The notes below the pieces were generated by a model, which saw only the letters and a program-made list of their open reading frames with translations, made no database searches and was not told where the DNA came from. A program made the position numbers and the translations under genes. DNA of 64,000 nucleotides from Thecamonas trahens ATCC 50062 (taxonomy: Eukaryota > Protista > Apusomonadida), in the NCBI RefSeq assembly GCF_000142905.1, contig NW_013657671.1, positions 480,373-544,372 on the forward strand, written 5' to 3'. This document shows positions 46,010-55,823 of the stretch, one piece after another. Every line of letters starts with the position of its first letter. Position 1 is the first letter of the stretch.

Positions 46010-48418
46010 TCATCGCCGCCCGTTGATGCCCGGCGAGCCGGGCGATGGCTGGAGCGCAGGCTTGGTCGCATTGGTGTTGGACATCTCGACCATGAGCCGG
46101 AGCCGGGCGCGCGCCGACGGCCGTATCGGCGACTCACCGCCGGGCGGTCCGGCCCCGGGCCCGGCCCCGCCCCCTCCCATTCCGGCCGGCGACGCCCTCT
46201 GCGCCACTGCCGGAAGGTGGCCATGATCGCCGCCGCTTCCGCTCCCGCTCCCGCCGCCAGAGAGCTTGCCGAGGCGGGCGAGCGCCGAGAGCCGCTCTTC
46301 GGCGGCCAGCGCACGCTTCTCCATCGACTGCAGCTTGGCGGTGACCAGGTCGAGCTGGGCGGCGAGCGCCGGCGAGTGCGCTCCGGTGGAGACGCGGACC
46401 CGCGGCGGCGGCGACTGCGATGCCAACTGTGCCTGCACCACCCGGAGGTTGGCCTCGAGCTGGCCGACGCGGACATGGGCGTCCTCGAGCTCGCGCTCGA
46501 GCTCGGCGACTCGCGCCGACGACCGCACGCGGTTCGTCATGCCCGCCACAGCGGACGCAGCCGACCGTGCACCGGCACCGTCGTCGACCGCCGCAAGCGC
46601 TGCCGCCGTCAGCTCGCCCATGGTACTAGTCCGCGACGCGTCGACGTAGACTGCAGCGACGTGGGCCATGGCGCCTGGATCGGCAGCAACTACCGCGCGC
46701 GAGCCGGTCCCGACATAAACGGCGCGGGAGGCGAGGACAAGAACATGGACGACAACTCGCCCGGCGTTGGGTACCACGCCAGCCGCGGGCATGCTGGGAT
46801 GAAGGTCGAGCCAGTTGAGCGAGGAGAGGACGGGCTTGCCTGGCGCCTCGGCGAGCGGCGTCCACTCGAGGCAGACGAGTGGGGCGCGGGTGCCGGCAAC
46901 CCGCGGCGGGAGCGGGCGCGGCGGGTGGTTGGCGGTGCGGGCAATGTTTGCCGCGAGCGCTTCAGAGAGCCCGGCCTTGACTGCCGCGCCGATAGCGTTG
47001 GAGCGGACGTTGAGCGCAACAAGAGTGGTGTTGTGGGCAAAGGCGCCAAGAAGCGCGCGGCCGCCGTCAGGGCCAAGCGAGTTGTTGCGGAGATTGAGCG
47101 CAGTGAGCGCGGCGTTGACCGAGAGCGCGGCGCCGAGGATGGCGCCGGCAGTGGCGTCCAATCCGTGCGACGGGAGGCTCAGCGCGGTGAGCGCCGCGTT
47201 GTCGGACAACGCCTCGCCGATGGCCTCCAGCATGCCGCGGTCGTCCGAGCCAAGCGGGCAGTCGCGCCCGTCCAGCTCGAGCGACGAGAGCGTGGCGTTG
47301 TTGGCAAGGACCTCGGCGAGCGCCCAGCCCGAGTGCGCAACAGCATTGCCACCCAGCGAGAGCGAGGTGAGCACCGAGTTGCCAAACAGCCACATCAGCG
47401 GCTGGCCAAACAGCCGCTCGGTGCTTGCCGGACCGAGCGAACCGCGCGAATCCGCAGGCTCACTATGAGAACCGCTTCCGTGCTCGCTTCCTGCCTCGTC
47501 CGACTCGTCCCACAGCCGCACGTCGCGAAGGTCAAGCTCGCGGAGTGCAAGCTCGCCGCTCAGCAGTGGGCGGGCGTCAAGCGGCTCGCCGTCGTCTTCG
47601 GCGAGCAAGTTACCGGCAAGATTGAGCGAGAGCAGGGTGCTGTTCGACATCAGCGCGTTGACGATGTGATGCAACGCGTCGCCGAGCTCGTTGTGTGCCA
47701 CGTTGAGGACCGTGAGGCCCGAGTTTGAGGCCAGCGCCCGCGCCAGCGCCATGCCAGCGTGGACACCGAGCTCGTTGTTCTCCAACCCGAGCCACCTCAG
47801 GGAAGAGTTGTCTTGCTCGAGCGGCGCGACAAGCCCAGCGCCACCGTACGCCCCCAGGCCGGTGTAGCCGGCGTCCAGAGCCACCAGCGCCGTGTTTGCC
47901 GCCAGCGCCTGACCGAGGGCCAGCCCGCCATCGGTGCCGAGCTGGTTGTACGAGACATCCAGGGCGGTTGTTCCGGTATTACTCGCCAGAGCGGTGGCCA
48001 CCTGAGCCCACCTGGGCGCTCCTAGGTGCAGCCGGGACAAATCCATGTGGGTAGGCGGCGGGGAAGCCGTGAGGGCGGCGAGGGTAGAGGCGAGAAGGAC
48101 GTCAGCTGGGTCGGTGACACCATCATCATCTCCTCCTCCTCCTCCTCCGTCACCCTGACCGTCACCACCGACACCTTGCCCATCCCGCATGTGTGCAAGA
48201 GGTCCATGAGGTCTTTGCATCGGTGTATGGGGCGAGACTACAGGCGGACCAGGTCGTCTTGTCCGCATCGGGCTTGCCAGGTGACCACCTCCACCGCCGC
48301 TCCGACCGCCTCTCCCCCCGCCACCGCCGCCGCCCCCGCCCCCGGCGTGCCCTTGGTTCCCCTCTTGGCCGTCGGTAAGGTGCAACCTATTCCCTTGGCT
48401 ACTCTTGGCATTGCCCAT
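46010..48418 (-). CDS. RNI-like/NLRC3-type leucine-rich repeat protein with N-myristoylation motif and C-terminal coiled coil
   Basis: MGNAKS N-terminus; 28-aa repeats of LxxNxxLxxLxLxxNxLG; heptads RVAELERELEDAHVRVGQLE. Confidence 0.8.
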   Translation of the reverse strand: MGNAKSSQGNRLHLTDGQEGNQGHAGGGGGGGGGGRGGRSGGGGGHLASPMRTRRPGPPVVSPHTPMQRPHGPLAHMRDGQGVGGDGQGDGGGGGGDDDGVTDPADVLLASTLAALTASPPPTHMDLSRLHLGAPRWAQVATALASNTGTTALDVSYNQLGTDGGLALGQALAANTALVALDAGYTGLGAYGGAGLVAPLEQDNSSLRWLGLENNELGVHAGMALARALASNSGLTVLNVAHNELGDALHHIVNALMSNSTLLSLNLAGNLLAEDDGEPLDARPLLSGELALRELDLRDVRLWDESDEAGSEHGSGSHSEPADSRGSLGPASTERLFGQPLMWLFGNSVLTSLSLGGNAVAHSGWALAEVLANNATLSSLELDGRDCPLGSDDRGMLEAIGEALSDNAALTALSLPSHGLDATAGAILGAALSVNAALTALNLRNNSLGPDGGRALLGAFAHNTTLVALNVRSNAIGAAVKAGLSEALAANIARTANHPPRPLPPRVAGTRAPLVCLEWTPLAEAPGKPVLSSLNWLDLHPSMPAAGVVPNAGRVVVHVLVLASRAVYVGTGSRAVVAADPGAMAHVAAVYVDASRTSTMGELTAAALAAVDDGAGARSAASAVAGMTNRVRSSARVAELERELEDAHVRVGQLEANLRVVQAQLASQSPPPRVRVSTGAHSPALAAQLDLVTAKLQSMEKRALAAEERLSALARLGKLSGGGSGSGSGGDHGHLPAVAQRASPAGMGGGGAGPGAGPPGGESPIRPSARARLRLMVEMSNTNATKPALQPSPGSPGINGRR

Positions 48419-48744
48419 GTGACCTTGGGCTGAGTGCGGTGTTGTTCCCTGTTGCGTTTGGCTGTCGACAGAGGCGAGAGGGGGGAGGGAGGGAGGGAGG
48501 CGGGAGGAGCCCGCGCACGCGCGAGTCGCTACTTTGGCGAAGAGGTCTTTGACGGCCTTTTTCGGCAGACGGCAAAAGCGAGAGATTGATCACAGCGGCG
48601 ATCGCGATCGCGGACAGGTTCGAGTTAGGGGAGACGACGCCGTGTCGCCGGCGGCTGTTCAATACACCTCACGTTGGCGCAGTGGCTGGTGTTGTGGTTG
48701 TGGAGAGGGTCAAGGAGCTTCTGGAAGGCGTTTTGGCAGCGGTG

Positions 48745-49452
48745 ATGGACGTGTGCATGCGGTGGTGGGTGTGGTGCTGCTGCTGCGGGTGCTGTCGTCG
48801 GAACGCGCGGGTCTCGCCACTCCATGACCCAAGTTGGGATACGAGCCTAGCGGGTCTCACCCGAGCCTATCTATGGGCTGGAAGCCAGCCTGCCGCACCG
48901 CTTCCTCCGCTGCCGCCTCGGGCCTGGGCGCCCGTCCTTGCGGTGGATGGCTATGCGCTGGCTGCCGCGATGGCGCATCTTGCTCCGCGGCACGATCCGG
49001 TGCTCCTCCACGAGTCAGCCGAACGGCGAGTGCCGTGGCTGGCAAGCGGGCAGGAAGGGAGCAGCCGGCAGAGTGTGTCGGTCAAGGCGCTGGGCAAGGC
49101 GCCCAAGAGCAGATGGTGTCGGGTAGATGCGCCGCGGATGGCGCTTGCGGTCTTCCCACTGGGTCTTGCGGCGCGCCGCTCATGGGCGAGCTTTCTATGG
49201 GCCATGATCGATGGTGACGTGCTCGCGTGCGTGTACTGGGCAGTGGATGGCGATCAGGGCATTCCACACGCACGGGCGCTGCTCCGAACCTTTGCGCCGT
49301 TTCTGGCTCTCCGCCCGTTGGTGGTGCTTGTATCATCGCCACCCGGGGTGAGGCTTAACGTGGCGGGCGTCCGCTCTAATCTGGGCCTTGACCAGCTCGG
49401 CCTGCTTCACGTCGACGTGGTGAGAGTGGCTGAGGCTATCGAGCGGATGTAG
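48745..49452 (+). CDS. Hypothetical protein with cysteine-string N-terminus and degenerate Arf/Arl-like C-terminal domain
   Basis: The ORF fills the space between two genes; WWVWCCCCGCCRR; the C-terminal pattern resembles Arf beta3-alpha4. The start is uncertain. Confidence 0.55.
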   Translation: MDVCMRWWVWCCCCGCCRRNARVSPLHDPSWDTSLAGLTRAYLWAGSQPAAPLPPLPPRAWAPVLAVDGYALAAAMAHLAPRHDPVLLHESAERRVPWLASGQEGSSRQSVSVKALGKAPKSRWCRVDAPRMALAVFPLGLAARRSWASFLWAMIDGDVLACVYWAVDGDQGIPHARALLRTFAPFLALRPLVVLVSSPPGVRLNVAGVRSNLGLDQLGLLHVDVVRVAEAIERM

Positions 49453-49482
49453 CGCCGTGGTTTTGTTGCAGTGGTTCTGTGT

Positions 49483-52400
49483 TCATTCTGCTCGCCAAGA
49501 CGGCAATGACGCGGGGGCAGCAAGCTCGCTACCACGGGTAACGTTGTGGAGAGCCCAAGAACCGTCGGGAGCCAGCTGGAGGGCAGTGGTGTGGAAGCGG
49601 CGGACGTTGGAGCGATGCGAGACCGAGATGCACTGGATGCCAAGCGAGTTGGCGAGCGAGTAAAAGGTGTTCTCCATGTCTTCGTCGAGGGCCGAGGTGC
49701 ACTCGTCGAGGATGGCAAACTTGGGGGCGTGGAAGAGGAGACGGGCCATGGCAAGACGCTGCTTCTCGCCGCCGGAGAGGATATTGGCCCAGTTTGCGTA
49801 GAGCCCACTGTTTGTAGAGGCGTACGCGCGATCGAGGAGGTGTGAGAGGCGGACGAGGGAGAGGAGCTCGTGAAGGTCGGCGTCGGAGAGCGGGGCCTCG
49901 GCGGCGGAGCGCGGGTAGACGATCTGGTCCTTGAGCGAGCCGAGGATGAGGAGCGGTGACTGCGGGAGGAAGAAGATCCCGCCGCGGCCGATGGCGAGCG
50001 GGCGCTCGACACGGCCAGAGGCCGGAGGCCAGAGGCCCATGAGGGTGCGGAGGATAGACGATTTGCCGACGCCGGACGGGCCCTCGACAAAGAGCGAGTC
50101 ACCAGTGCCAACGCGAAAAGAGAGGTCCCTGGCGAGACGCTTGCCGGACGGCGTCTCGACGGTAACATTGTCAAAGACGACAGCGTCTGGGTTTGCGACG
50201 ATGGCCGACATTGCGCGGGCCTCGTGGTCGTAGAGATCAAATATCTCGAGGAGGTCGCCGAGGCGGTTGGCGTGGCCAAAGAGCTTGGCGAGGGCGCCTG
50301 AGAGGGTGAGGACCTCGACAATGTTGCGGTAGAGGGTGTTGAAGGTGATGTAGACAATGAGGAACTTGTTCTCGACGTTGCCGGTGAGGTGGCCGGTGAA
50401 GGCGAGGATGCCCGGGAGGGCAAAGCCGCCAAGGACGCCGAGGTAGGCGGAGAAAATGACGTAGACAGAGAGGAACCAGAGCTTCTTGACGAGCTTGACC
50501 AAGTTGTGGAGGACGAGGGCGAGGGCTTTGTTGAGGAGCTTGTGCTCGGTGGCGTGGCCAGCGAGGAAGGCGACAGACTCGGCGGCCTCGCGGAGGCGGA
50601 CGTGAGCAAAGCGGAGGTCACCGGTGAGGCGGTCCTGGCGGAAGACGAGCGGGACAAGCGGGGCGGTGGCGGCGCGCGAGAGGAGGAAGACCAGGATGGC
50701 GAGCGCGTAGGCGAGGACGACACCGATCCATGTGATCTGGAACCAGGCGACGACGGTAAGGCCGATGGTGACCGGGAATACGGCGAGGGCCGACGGCGAG
50801 AGCGGAGTGCCAAGAAGGACCTGGGCGAGCACATGGGCGTAGGAGCGGGCGTCTTCGGTGAGCCGCTGATCGCAGTTGTCGATCCGGCTGTCTGCGACGT
50901 TGGCCTGGTAGTAGTTGTTGCCGTTGAGATAGCGAAAGTGGAGGTGACGGGAGAGGCCCTTGTGGCCCACGATGCCGAGGAGCGCGGCGTAGTAGTACTG
51001 AAAGGCGGTAGTGATGCTAGTGGAGACAGTGAGGAAGGCGAGGACCGACATCCAAGTGATAAAGGTGCCCGATTGCGACTTTGAGACCGAGTCGACGATC
51101 CGGGCGAGGATGAGCGGGCCGGCCACGGTGGCTGCGGCGGCGTAGAGGACAAGGGCCGAGCCGCAGAGGAGAAGCTTGCGAGGCTGCGAGGTGGGCGAGA
51201 GGAAGACGATGGCGTTGAGCCGCCGCATGCGCTCGAGGAGTCTGAGGCCGAGCGCCGATCGGGTCGAGGCCTGGTCAACGGCCTCGACTGTGGCAAGGAG
51301 CGAGGCGGCGACCGATTTGGGGAAGGGGAAGAAGGCCTCAAACTCGTGGTCTGGGATGTCTGTCTTGGCAAACGGGGTGGGCGGCGGCGAGCTTGCGTCG
51401 CCGACGGCAGTAGCCTCTGAGATCGGCCGGTAGGTGGGGACGTCGGTGGGAAGCGCGTTGTCGGAGCGCGAGCCGCGAGCACCGATCGAGGTGAGGAGTG
51501 TCACCTCGGGGTCGTCGGCGATGCTGAGCGAGTCAAACGAGCGGTGGAGAGTGCCGCGGGTAGCAGAGCCGGGAGCGAGGACCGAGAGCGAGACCGGAAG
51601 TGGCTCTGCGACCAAGTTTCCGGCGCGATCGGCCTCGAGGCGGGCGACAGCGTCCTCGCGGGAGAGGAGCGCGTAGCTGTCGGGCCCCTCGAGAAAGAGC
51701 ACCTGCTGGTGGAAGGGCAGGACACGAACCGAGTGGGCGACCGAGACAAAGCCGATGCCCGAGGCTGTGAGCTTTTGGTAGAACACGTCCTCCAACTCCT
51801 CATTAACGGCTGAGGTGCACTCATCGAGAATGGCGAGCTTGGGCGCATGGAAGAAGAGCCTGACCATGGCGAGGCGCTGCTTCTCCCCGCCGGAGAGGAC
51901 GACGTCCCATTTGAGCGGCTCGCCGGCGTCGCGGGCGGCGGCCTCGATGGTGGGAAGATGGGCGAGGTCAAACTCTGCAAGGAGAGCGTCGAGGGTGGCG
52001 AGCGGGACGGAGGCTCCGTCAGAAAGCGGGTAGGCAACCTGGTCGGCGAGCGAGCCACCAAGGACCATGTACGGGACCTGCGGGAGGTAGAAGAGGCCGT
52101 CACGGCCGATGCGCGCGGGGCGGGAAATGGTGCCCTCGCCGTGTGTGGGCCAGAGGCCGCCGAGGACACGAAGGAGCGAGGACTTGCCGACGCCCGACGG
52201 GCCCATGATGAGGAGCGAGCCGCCGGGGCGGACCTCGAACGAGATGCGGGTGGCGAGCTTGACGTTGTCCGGGGTGTAGGCTGAGACATCGGCGAGGGCG
52301 ATGCGGTTGGGCTCGGTGAGCGTGTCGCCGATCATGACGGCCTCGTGGGATCCTGCGAGGTGGAAGGTGTGGATGCGCTCCTGGGCCTGGACATCGTCCA

Positions 52401-53775
52401 TGACCTCGAGCATCTCGCCGAGACGGTTGGTGACGCCGGCGAGGCGGGTGATGGTCTGGGAGTACGAGAGGAGGGTCATGGTGGCGCCGGTGAAGCCCGA
52501 GAGGTAGGCAAAGGCGTTATCAAAGAGCGAGGCGTTCTGCGAGGGCGTGTTGGGCGAGCCGTCGGCGTTCTTGGAGGGGAAGCCGTAGGCAAAGAAGACG
52601 ATGGCCGGGACAAGGATGGCGATGTTGTTGGAGATGCCCTGCGAGAGGTTGACGGCGAGGTTGAGCGGGAAGCGCTTCTTGGCAAGCGCGTACGCGTTGG
52701 CGAGAACACGCCGGAGGCCGAGGTTGATCGAGCGGTGCTGCTGCTCGTGGCCGTCGAGAAAGGCGATGGCCTCGGCGTGCTCGCGGATGTGGACGTGCGC
52801 AAAGCGGAGGTCTCCCTCAAGCCGGTCCTGTCGGAAGACGAGCGGAACGACGCGGCCGATAAAGGTCTTGGCCAAAAAGGTGGAGCAGATGGACATGAGA
52901 ATGGCGAGGGCTAGCGCCTGCCAACCGAGCTCTTGCAGGGTGAGGAAGCCAAGAATGATTCCGGGAACGAGCGTTCCAAGCGCGCCGCCAGTTTGGTCGA
53001 GCGTGCCGCAGAGAATAGCCGGAACAGCCGAGGTAAACGACTCAGTGTCGGTGACGATCCGTTGGTCCGGATTGTCCACCCGCCCGTCCATAAGAACCAT
53101 GCGATAGTAGATGTTGCGCGAGAGGTAGCGAAAGTGCAGCCGGCGGGTTAGCGACTTGCGGAGGCGGACGGCAACTCGCTGGCCGACGTAGATGGCTGTG
53201 GCCTGGAGGAGCGTTGCGGTGGCAGCAACGATGACGATGGGTAACATTGAGGTGAGGAACCGCGACAACGACCGGTCCTTGACGGCAGAGATGATGGGTG
53301 GGAAGAGGACAAAGAACATGGTGTTTGAGATGGCACCAAAGATGGCAAGCATTATGCCGAGGGCAAGGAGCGAGCCATCGCGGGTGCAGCAGCAGCGGGT
53401 GCGGAAGGACCACGAGAGCAGGCGCTTAAATCGGCGCCAGAAGACGCGCCCTAAGGCAGCGCGCGCGGCAGCGCCATCCGAGCTCTCGACGTCAGCAAGA
53501 ACATGACTCCCGCCAAGAGCATGCTCGGAATCCCTCCAGAACCGCTGCAGCTCTGATCTGGGAATGTCCTTGGGTCCCGGACGAAAGATGGACTCCTCGC
53601 GATCATCTTGATAAAACTTGGAGTAAAAGCCCTCGTCATCGGCGGCAGGCACCAGCACCGCCGCCGCATCGTCCCACAGCCGGGCCACGAGCGATGGCTG
53701 ACTCACCTCCTCCCCACCCGTAGCTCCCACATCTTGAAGGAGAGGCGTTGTTGCCTCTGCTGCGTTGACCGACAT
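49483..53775 (-). CDS. Full-size (TMD-NBD-TMD-NBD) ABC-D family transporter, ABCD4-like
   Basis: Each half has DN[PC]DQR, an EAA motif (EAIAFLDG / ESVAFLAG), GPSGVGKSS, LSGGEKQRLA and ILDECTSA. Alternative start at 53895. Confidence 0.9.
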   Translation of the reverse strand: MSVNAAEATTPLLQDVGATGGEEVSQPSLVARLWDDAAAVLVPAADDEGFYSKFYQDDREESIFRPGPKDIPRSELQRFWRDSEHALGGSHVLADVESSDGAAARAALGRVFWRRFKRLLSWSFRTRCCCTRDGSLLALGIMLAIFGAISNTMFFVLFPPIISAVKDRSLSRFLTSMLPIVIVAATATLLQATAIYVGQRVAVRLRKSLTRRLHFRYLSRNIYYRMVLMDGRVDNPDQRIVTDTESFTSAVPAILCGTLDQTGGALGTLVPGIILGFLTLQELGWQALALAILMSICSTFLAKTFIGRVVPLVFRQDRLEGDLRFAHVHIREHAEAIAFLDGHEQQHRSINLGLRRVLANAYALAKKRFPLNLAVNLSQGISNNIAILVPAIVFFAYGFPSKNADGSPNTPSQNASLFDNAFAYLSGFTGATMTLLSYSQTITRLAGVTNRLGEMLEVMDDVQAQERIHTFHLAGSHEAVMIGDTLTEPNRIALADVSAYTPDNVKLATRISFEVRPGGSLLIMGPSGVGKSSLLRVLGGLWPTHGEGTISRPARIGRDGLFYLPQVPYMVLGGSLADQVAYPLSDGASVPLATLDALLAEFDLAHLPTIEAAARDAGEPLKWDVVLSGGEKQRLAMVRLFFHAPKLAILDECTSAVNEELEDVFYQKLTASGIGFVSVAHSVRVLPFHQQVLFLEGPDSYALLSREDAVARLEADRAGNLVAEPLPVSLSVLAPGSATRGTLHRSFDSLSIADDPEVTLLTSIGARGSRSDNALPTDVPTYRPISEATAVGDASSPPPTPFAKTDIPDHEFEAFFPFPKSVAASLLATVEAVDQASTRSALGLRLLERMRRLNAIVFLSPTSQPRKLLLCGSALVLYAAAATVAGPLILARIVDSVSKSQSGTFITWMSVLAFLTVSTSITTAFQYYYAALLGIVGHKGLSRHLHFRYLNGNNYYQANVADSRIDNCDQRLTEDARSYAHVLAQVLLGTPLSPSALAVFPVTIGLTVVAWFQITWIGVVLAYALAILVFLLSRAATAPLVPLVFRQDRLTGDLRFAHVRLREAAESVAFLAGHATEHKLLNKALALVLHNLVKLVKKLWFLSVYVIFSAYLGVLGGFALPGILAFTGHLTGNVENKFLIVYITFNTLYRNIVEVLTLSGALAKLFGHANRLGDLLEIFDLYDHEARAMSAIVANPDAVVFDNVTVETPSGKRLARDLSFRVGTGDSLFVEGPSGVGKSSILRTLMGLWPPASGRVERPLAIGRGGIFFLPQSPLLILGSLKDQIVYPRSAAEAPLSDADLHELLSLVRLSHLLDRAYASTNSGLYANWANILSGGEKQRLAMARLLFHAPKFAILDECTSALDEDMENTFYSLANSLGIQCISVSHRSNVRRFHTTALQLAPDGSWALHNVTRGSELAAPASLPSWRAE

Positions 53776-54262
53776 ACGCCAGGTGGAAGTGAGGTGTTTG
53801 TGGCTACTGGCTGGTAGTGGCACGGTCGTGCGCGGTGTGCTGTTTTGATGGGGGCGACTGGCATGTGCGAGTTGGGAAGGCACCGGTGGGCACATGGGGG
53901 CGGGGGGGGGGGGAGGGGGGGGGGGGGGTGCAGTAGGGATGACGATAAGGGGATAGGGATGGAGGAGGGATGGCGATGTGGGATGACGGGATGGGGATGG
54001 GGATGGGGATGACGGGATGGGGATGGAGGGATGGGGGGATGAGGGGGGGGGGGGGGGTTACGGTGTTGGGTGAGTACCCAAAAACAAATTGCGGTCAATT
54101 ACGGCAGAGCCGTGCAATTGCGGTGTGAGTAGTGGGTGGGGGCGGGCGGCGTAGGCGGCGGGGAGAGGCTGCGACTGGGCGACGGATTGGGGAGGGGAGG
54201 GGGGGGGGGGTCAAGCAAGGGCGAGGGAGACCCGACTCGGCAGGGAAGGAGCGAGGAGCAGG

Positions 54263-55798
54263 ATGAAGGGCATTGTTCCTAGGTTCGGCCCGTGGATTGC
54301 TGGAGGGATTGGGTACTTTCTCGGAGTGTACCAGCTGGAATACGGATGGGTCTCCCCGGCGAGTGCGGGACTGGCGGTCCTTGCTCTGCTGGTGACCACC
54401 ATGGGTGTGGAGAAGCTCTCGACGGCAACAGCAGCTGAAGGACGTCGGGGACTGCGCAAACGGCGACTCTCGTTCATGTCGCAACTCATTGCGGAGAATC
54501 CTTTCCCCGATCATGTCAATGCTCCCTCGGCGCCCATTCACGCCGCCCTGTTCATGGAGACCATGCCAACAGTCGACGAGATCGTGGCTGTCACCGACGA
54601 CATCCTCCTCCCGCATGATCGATTTGCCTGTCCGGTTGTTGCCGTTCCACCGACGCTGTTGGAAGAGGGCTTTCTCGCTTGGGGGCCTCGTCCGGGCACG
54701 CCGGACTGGGCCTACCACGTCGTGGAGGACAGAGTGGGGAGCGAGGACGAGCTGATGGCGTACTGCCAGCCGCTGGTAGGCGAGGAGCTCGATGAGAGCC
54801 GGCCGCTGTGGCAAATTCGACTGGTCAAAGTTGCTGACTCTTGTCGCGGCCTGCTCCTGCTCCGCATCTCGCATGTGGTCGGCGACGGCGTCTCGCTCGT
54901 CCACACGCTCATCTCGCTCCTCACCCACGGCGACGGCAGCGCGTACACACTGCCGCCGTTCCAGCGGCGCGCGGTGGCAGCGGCGCCGAGTCTGGCTGCG
55001 CGCGCGGCGGCGGCGGTCAAGCTCGGCTTCGGCACGCTTCGGGCAGCGTTCAAGGTTGTGACGCTGCCGGCTGGGCCGGCGGACTCGCCCAACGCCCTCA
55101 AGCGGTCGCTCGCCGGCTGGGTCCGCCCCCAGGCGTACCGGCTGGTGCGGACACGCAAGATTGCGGTGGAGCGGCTGAAGAAGATCAAGAACGCGCTTGG
55201 GGCGACGATCAACGATGTGATGGCTGCGGGTCTGGCGCGGGCTGCGCGGGCGTACCTTGCGCAGGTCGGCGATCCTGTGGTTGACGACGCCTCGCCGCTG
55301 CTGCGGGTCTTCCTTCCTTACGCCTTTACTCAGCGGAGCAAGGTGCTCACCAACAAGTGGTGCTTCCTCTCGCTCAAGCTCCCGCTCGCGGACATGTCGC
55401 CGCAGGCGGCGCTCGCCGAGGTCAAGGCCGAGATCGACGCGCTCAAGTCGACACCCGAGGCCCACCTCCAGTTCTACCTCCAGCAGCTTGCGTCGGCGGT
55501 CCTTCCCACGGCGCCACGCAAGCAGACGGCGCTCGACACCATGCTCTCGCACACGCTTGTCTTCACCAACGTACCCGGCCCGCCGACGCCGGTCTACTGT
55601 GCTGGCCACAAGGTCGACGAGGTCATTGTGTACATCGGCAACCTCATCTCCCAGGTCTCGGCGCTTTCCTACAACGGCAACGTCACCGTCACCTTTGCGC
55701 TCGACGCCGACGTGATCGAGGACCCCGAAAAGCTGGCCGCCTGCTTTGAAGCCGCCATCGACGAGCTCGAGGCCGCCGCGTGCGGTGATGGCCAGTAG
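54263..55798 (+). CDS. Wax ester synthase/diacylglycerol acyltransferase (WS/DGAT)
   Basis: LDESRPLWQI, SHVVGDG (variant of HHxxxDG), GATINDV, FTNVPGP, SYNG; N-terminal hydrophobic segments. Confidence 0.85.
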   Translation: MKGIVPRFGPWIAGGIGYFLGVYQLEYGWVSPASAGLAVLALLVTTMGVEKLSTATAAEGRRGLRKRRLSFMSQLIAENPFPDHVNAPSAPIHAALFMETMPTVDEIVAVTDDILLPHDRFACPVVAVPPTLLEEGFLAWGPRPGTPDWAYHVVEDRVGSEDELMAYCQPLVGEELDESRPLWQIRLVKVADSCRGLLLLRISHVVGDGVSLVHTLISLLTHGDGSAYTLPPFQRRAVAAAPSLAARAAAAVKLGFGTLRAAFKVVTLPAGPADSPNALKRSLAGWVRPQAYRLVRTRKIAVERLKKIKNALGATINDVMAAGLARAARAYLAQVGDPVVDDASPLLRVFLPYAFTQRSKVLTNKWCFLSLKLPLADMSPQAALAEVKAEIDALKSTPEAHLQFYLQQLASAVLPTAPRKQTALDTMLSHTLVFTNVPGPPTPVYCAGHKVDEVIVYIGNLISQVSALSYNGNVTVTFALDADVIEDPEKLAACFEAAIDELEAAACGDGQ

Positions 55799-55823
55799 CG
55801 CGGTAGCAAAGATTGCAGTCAGT

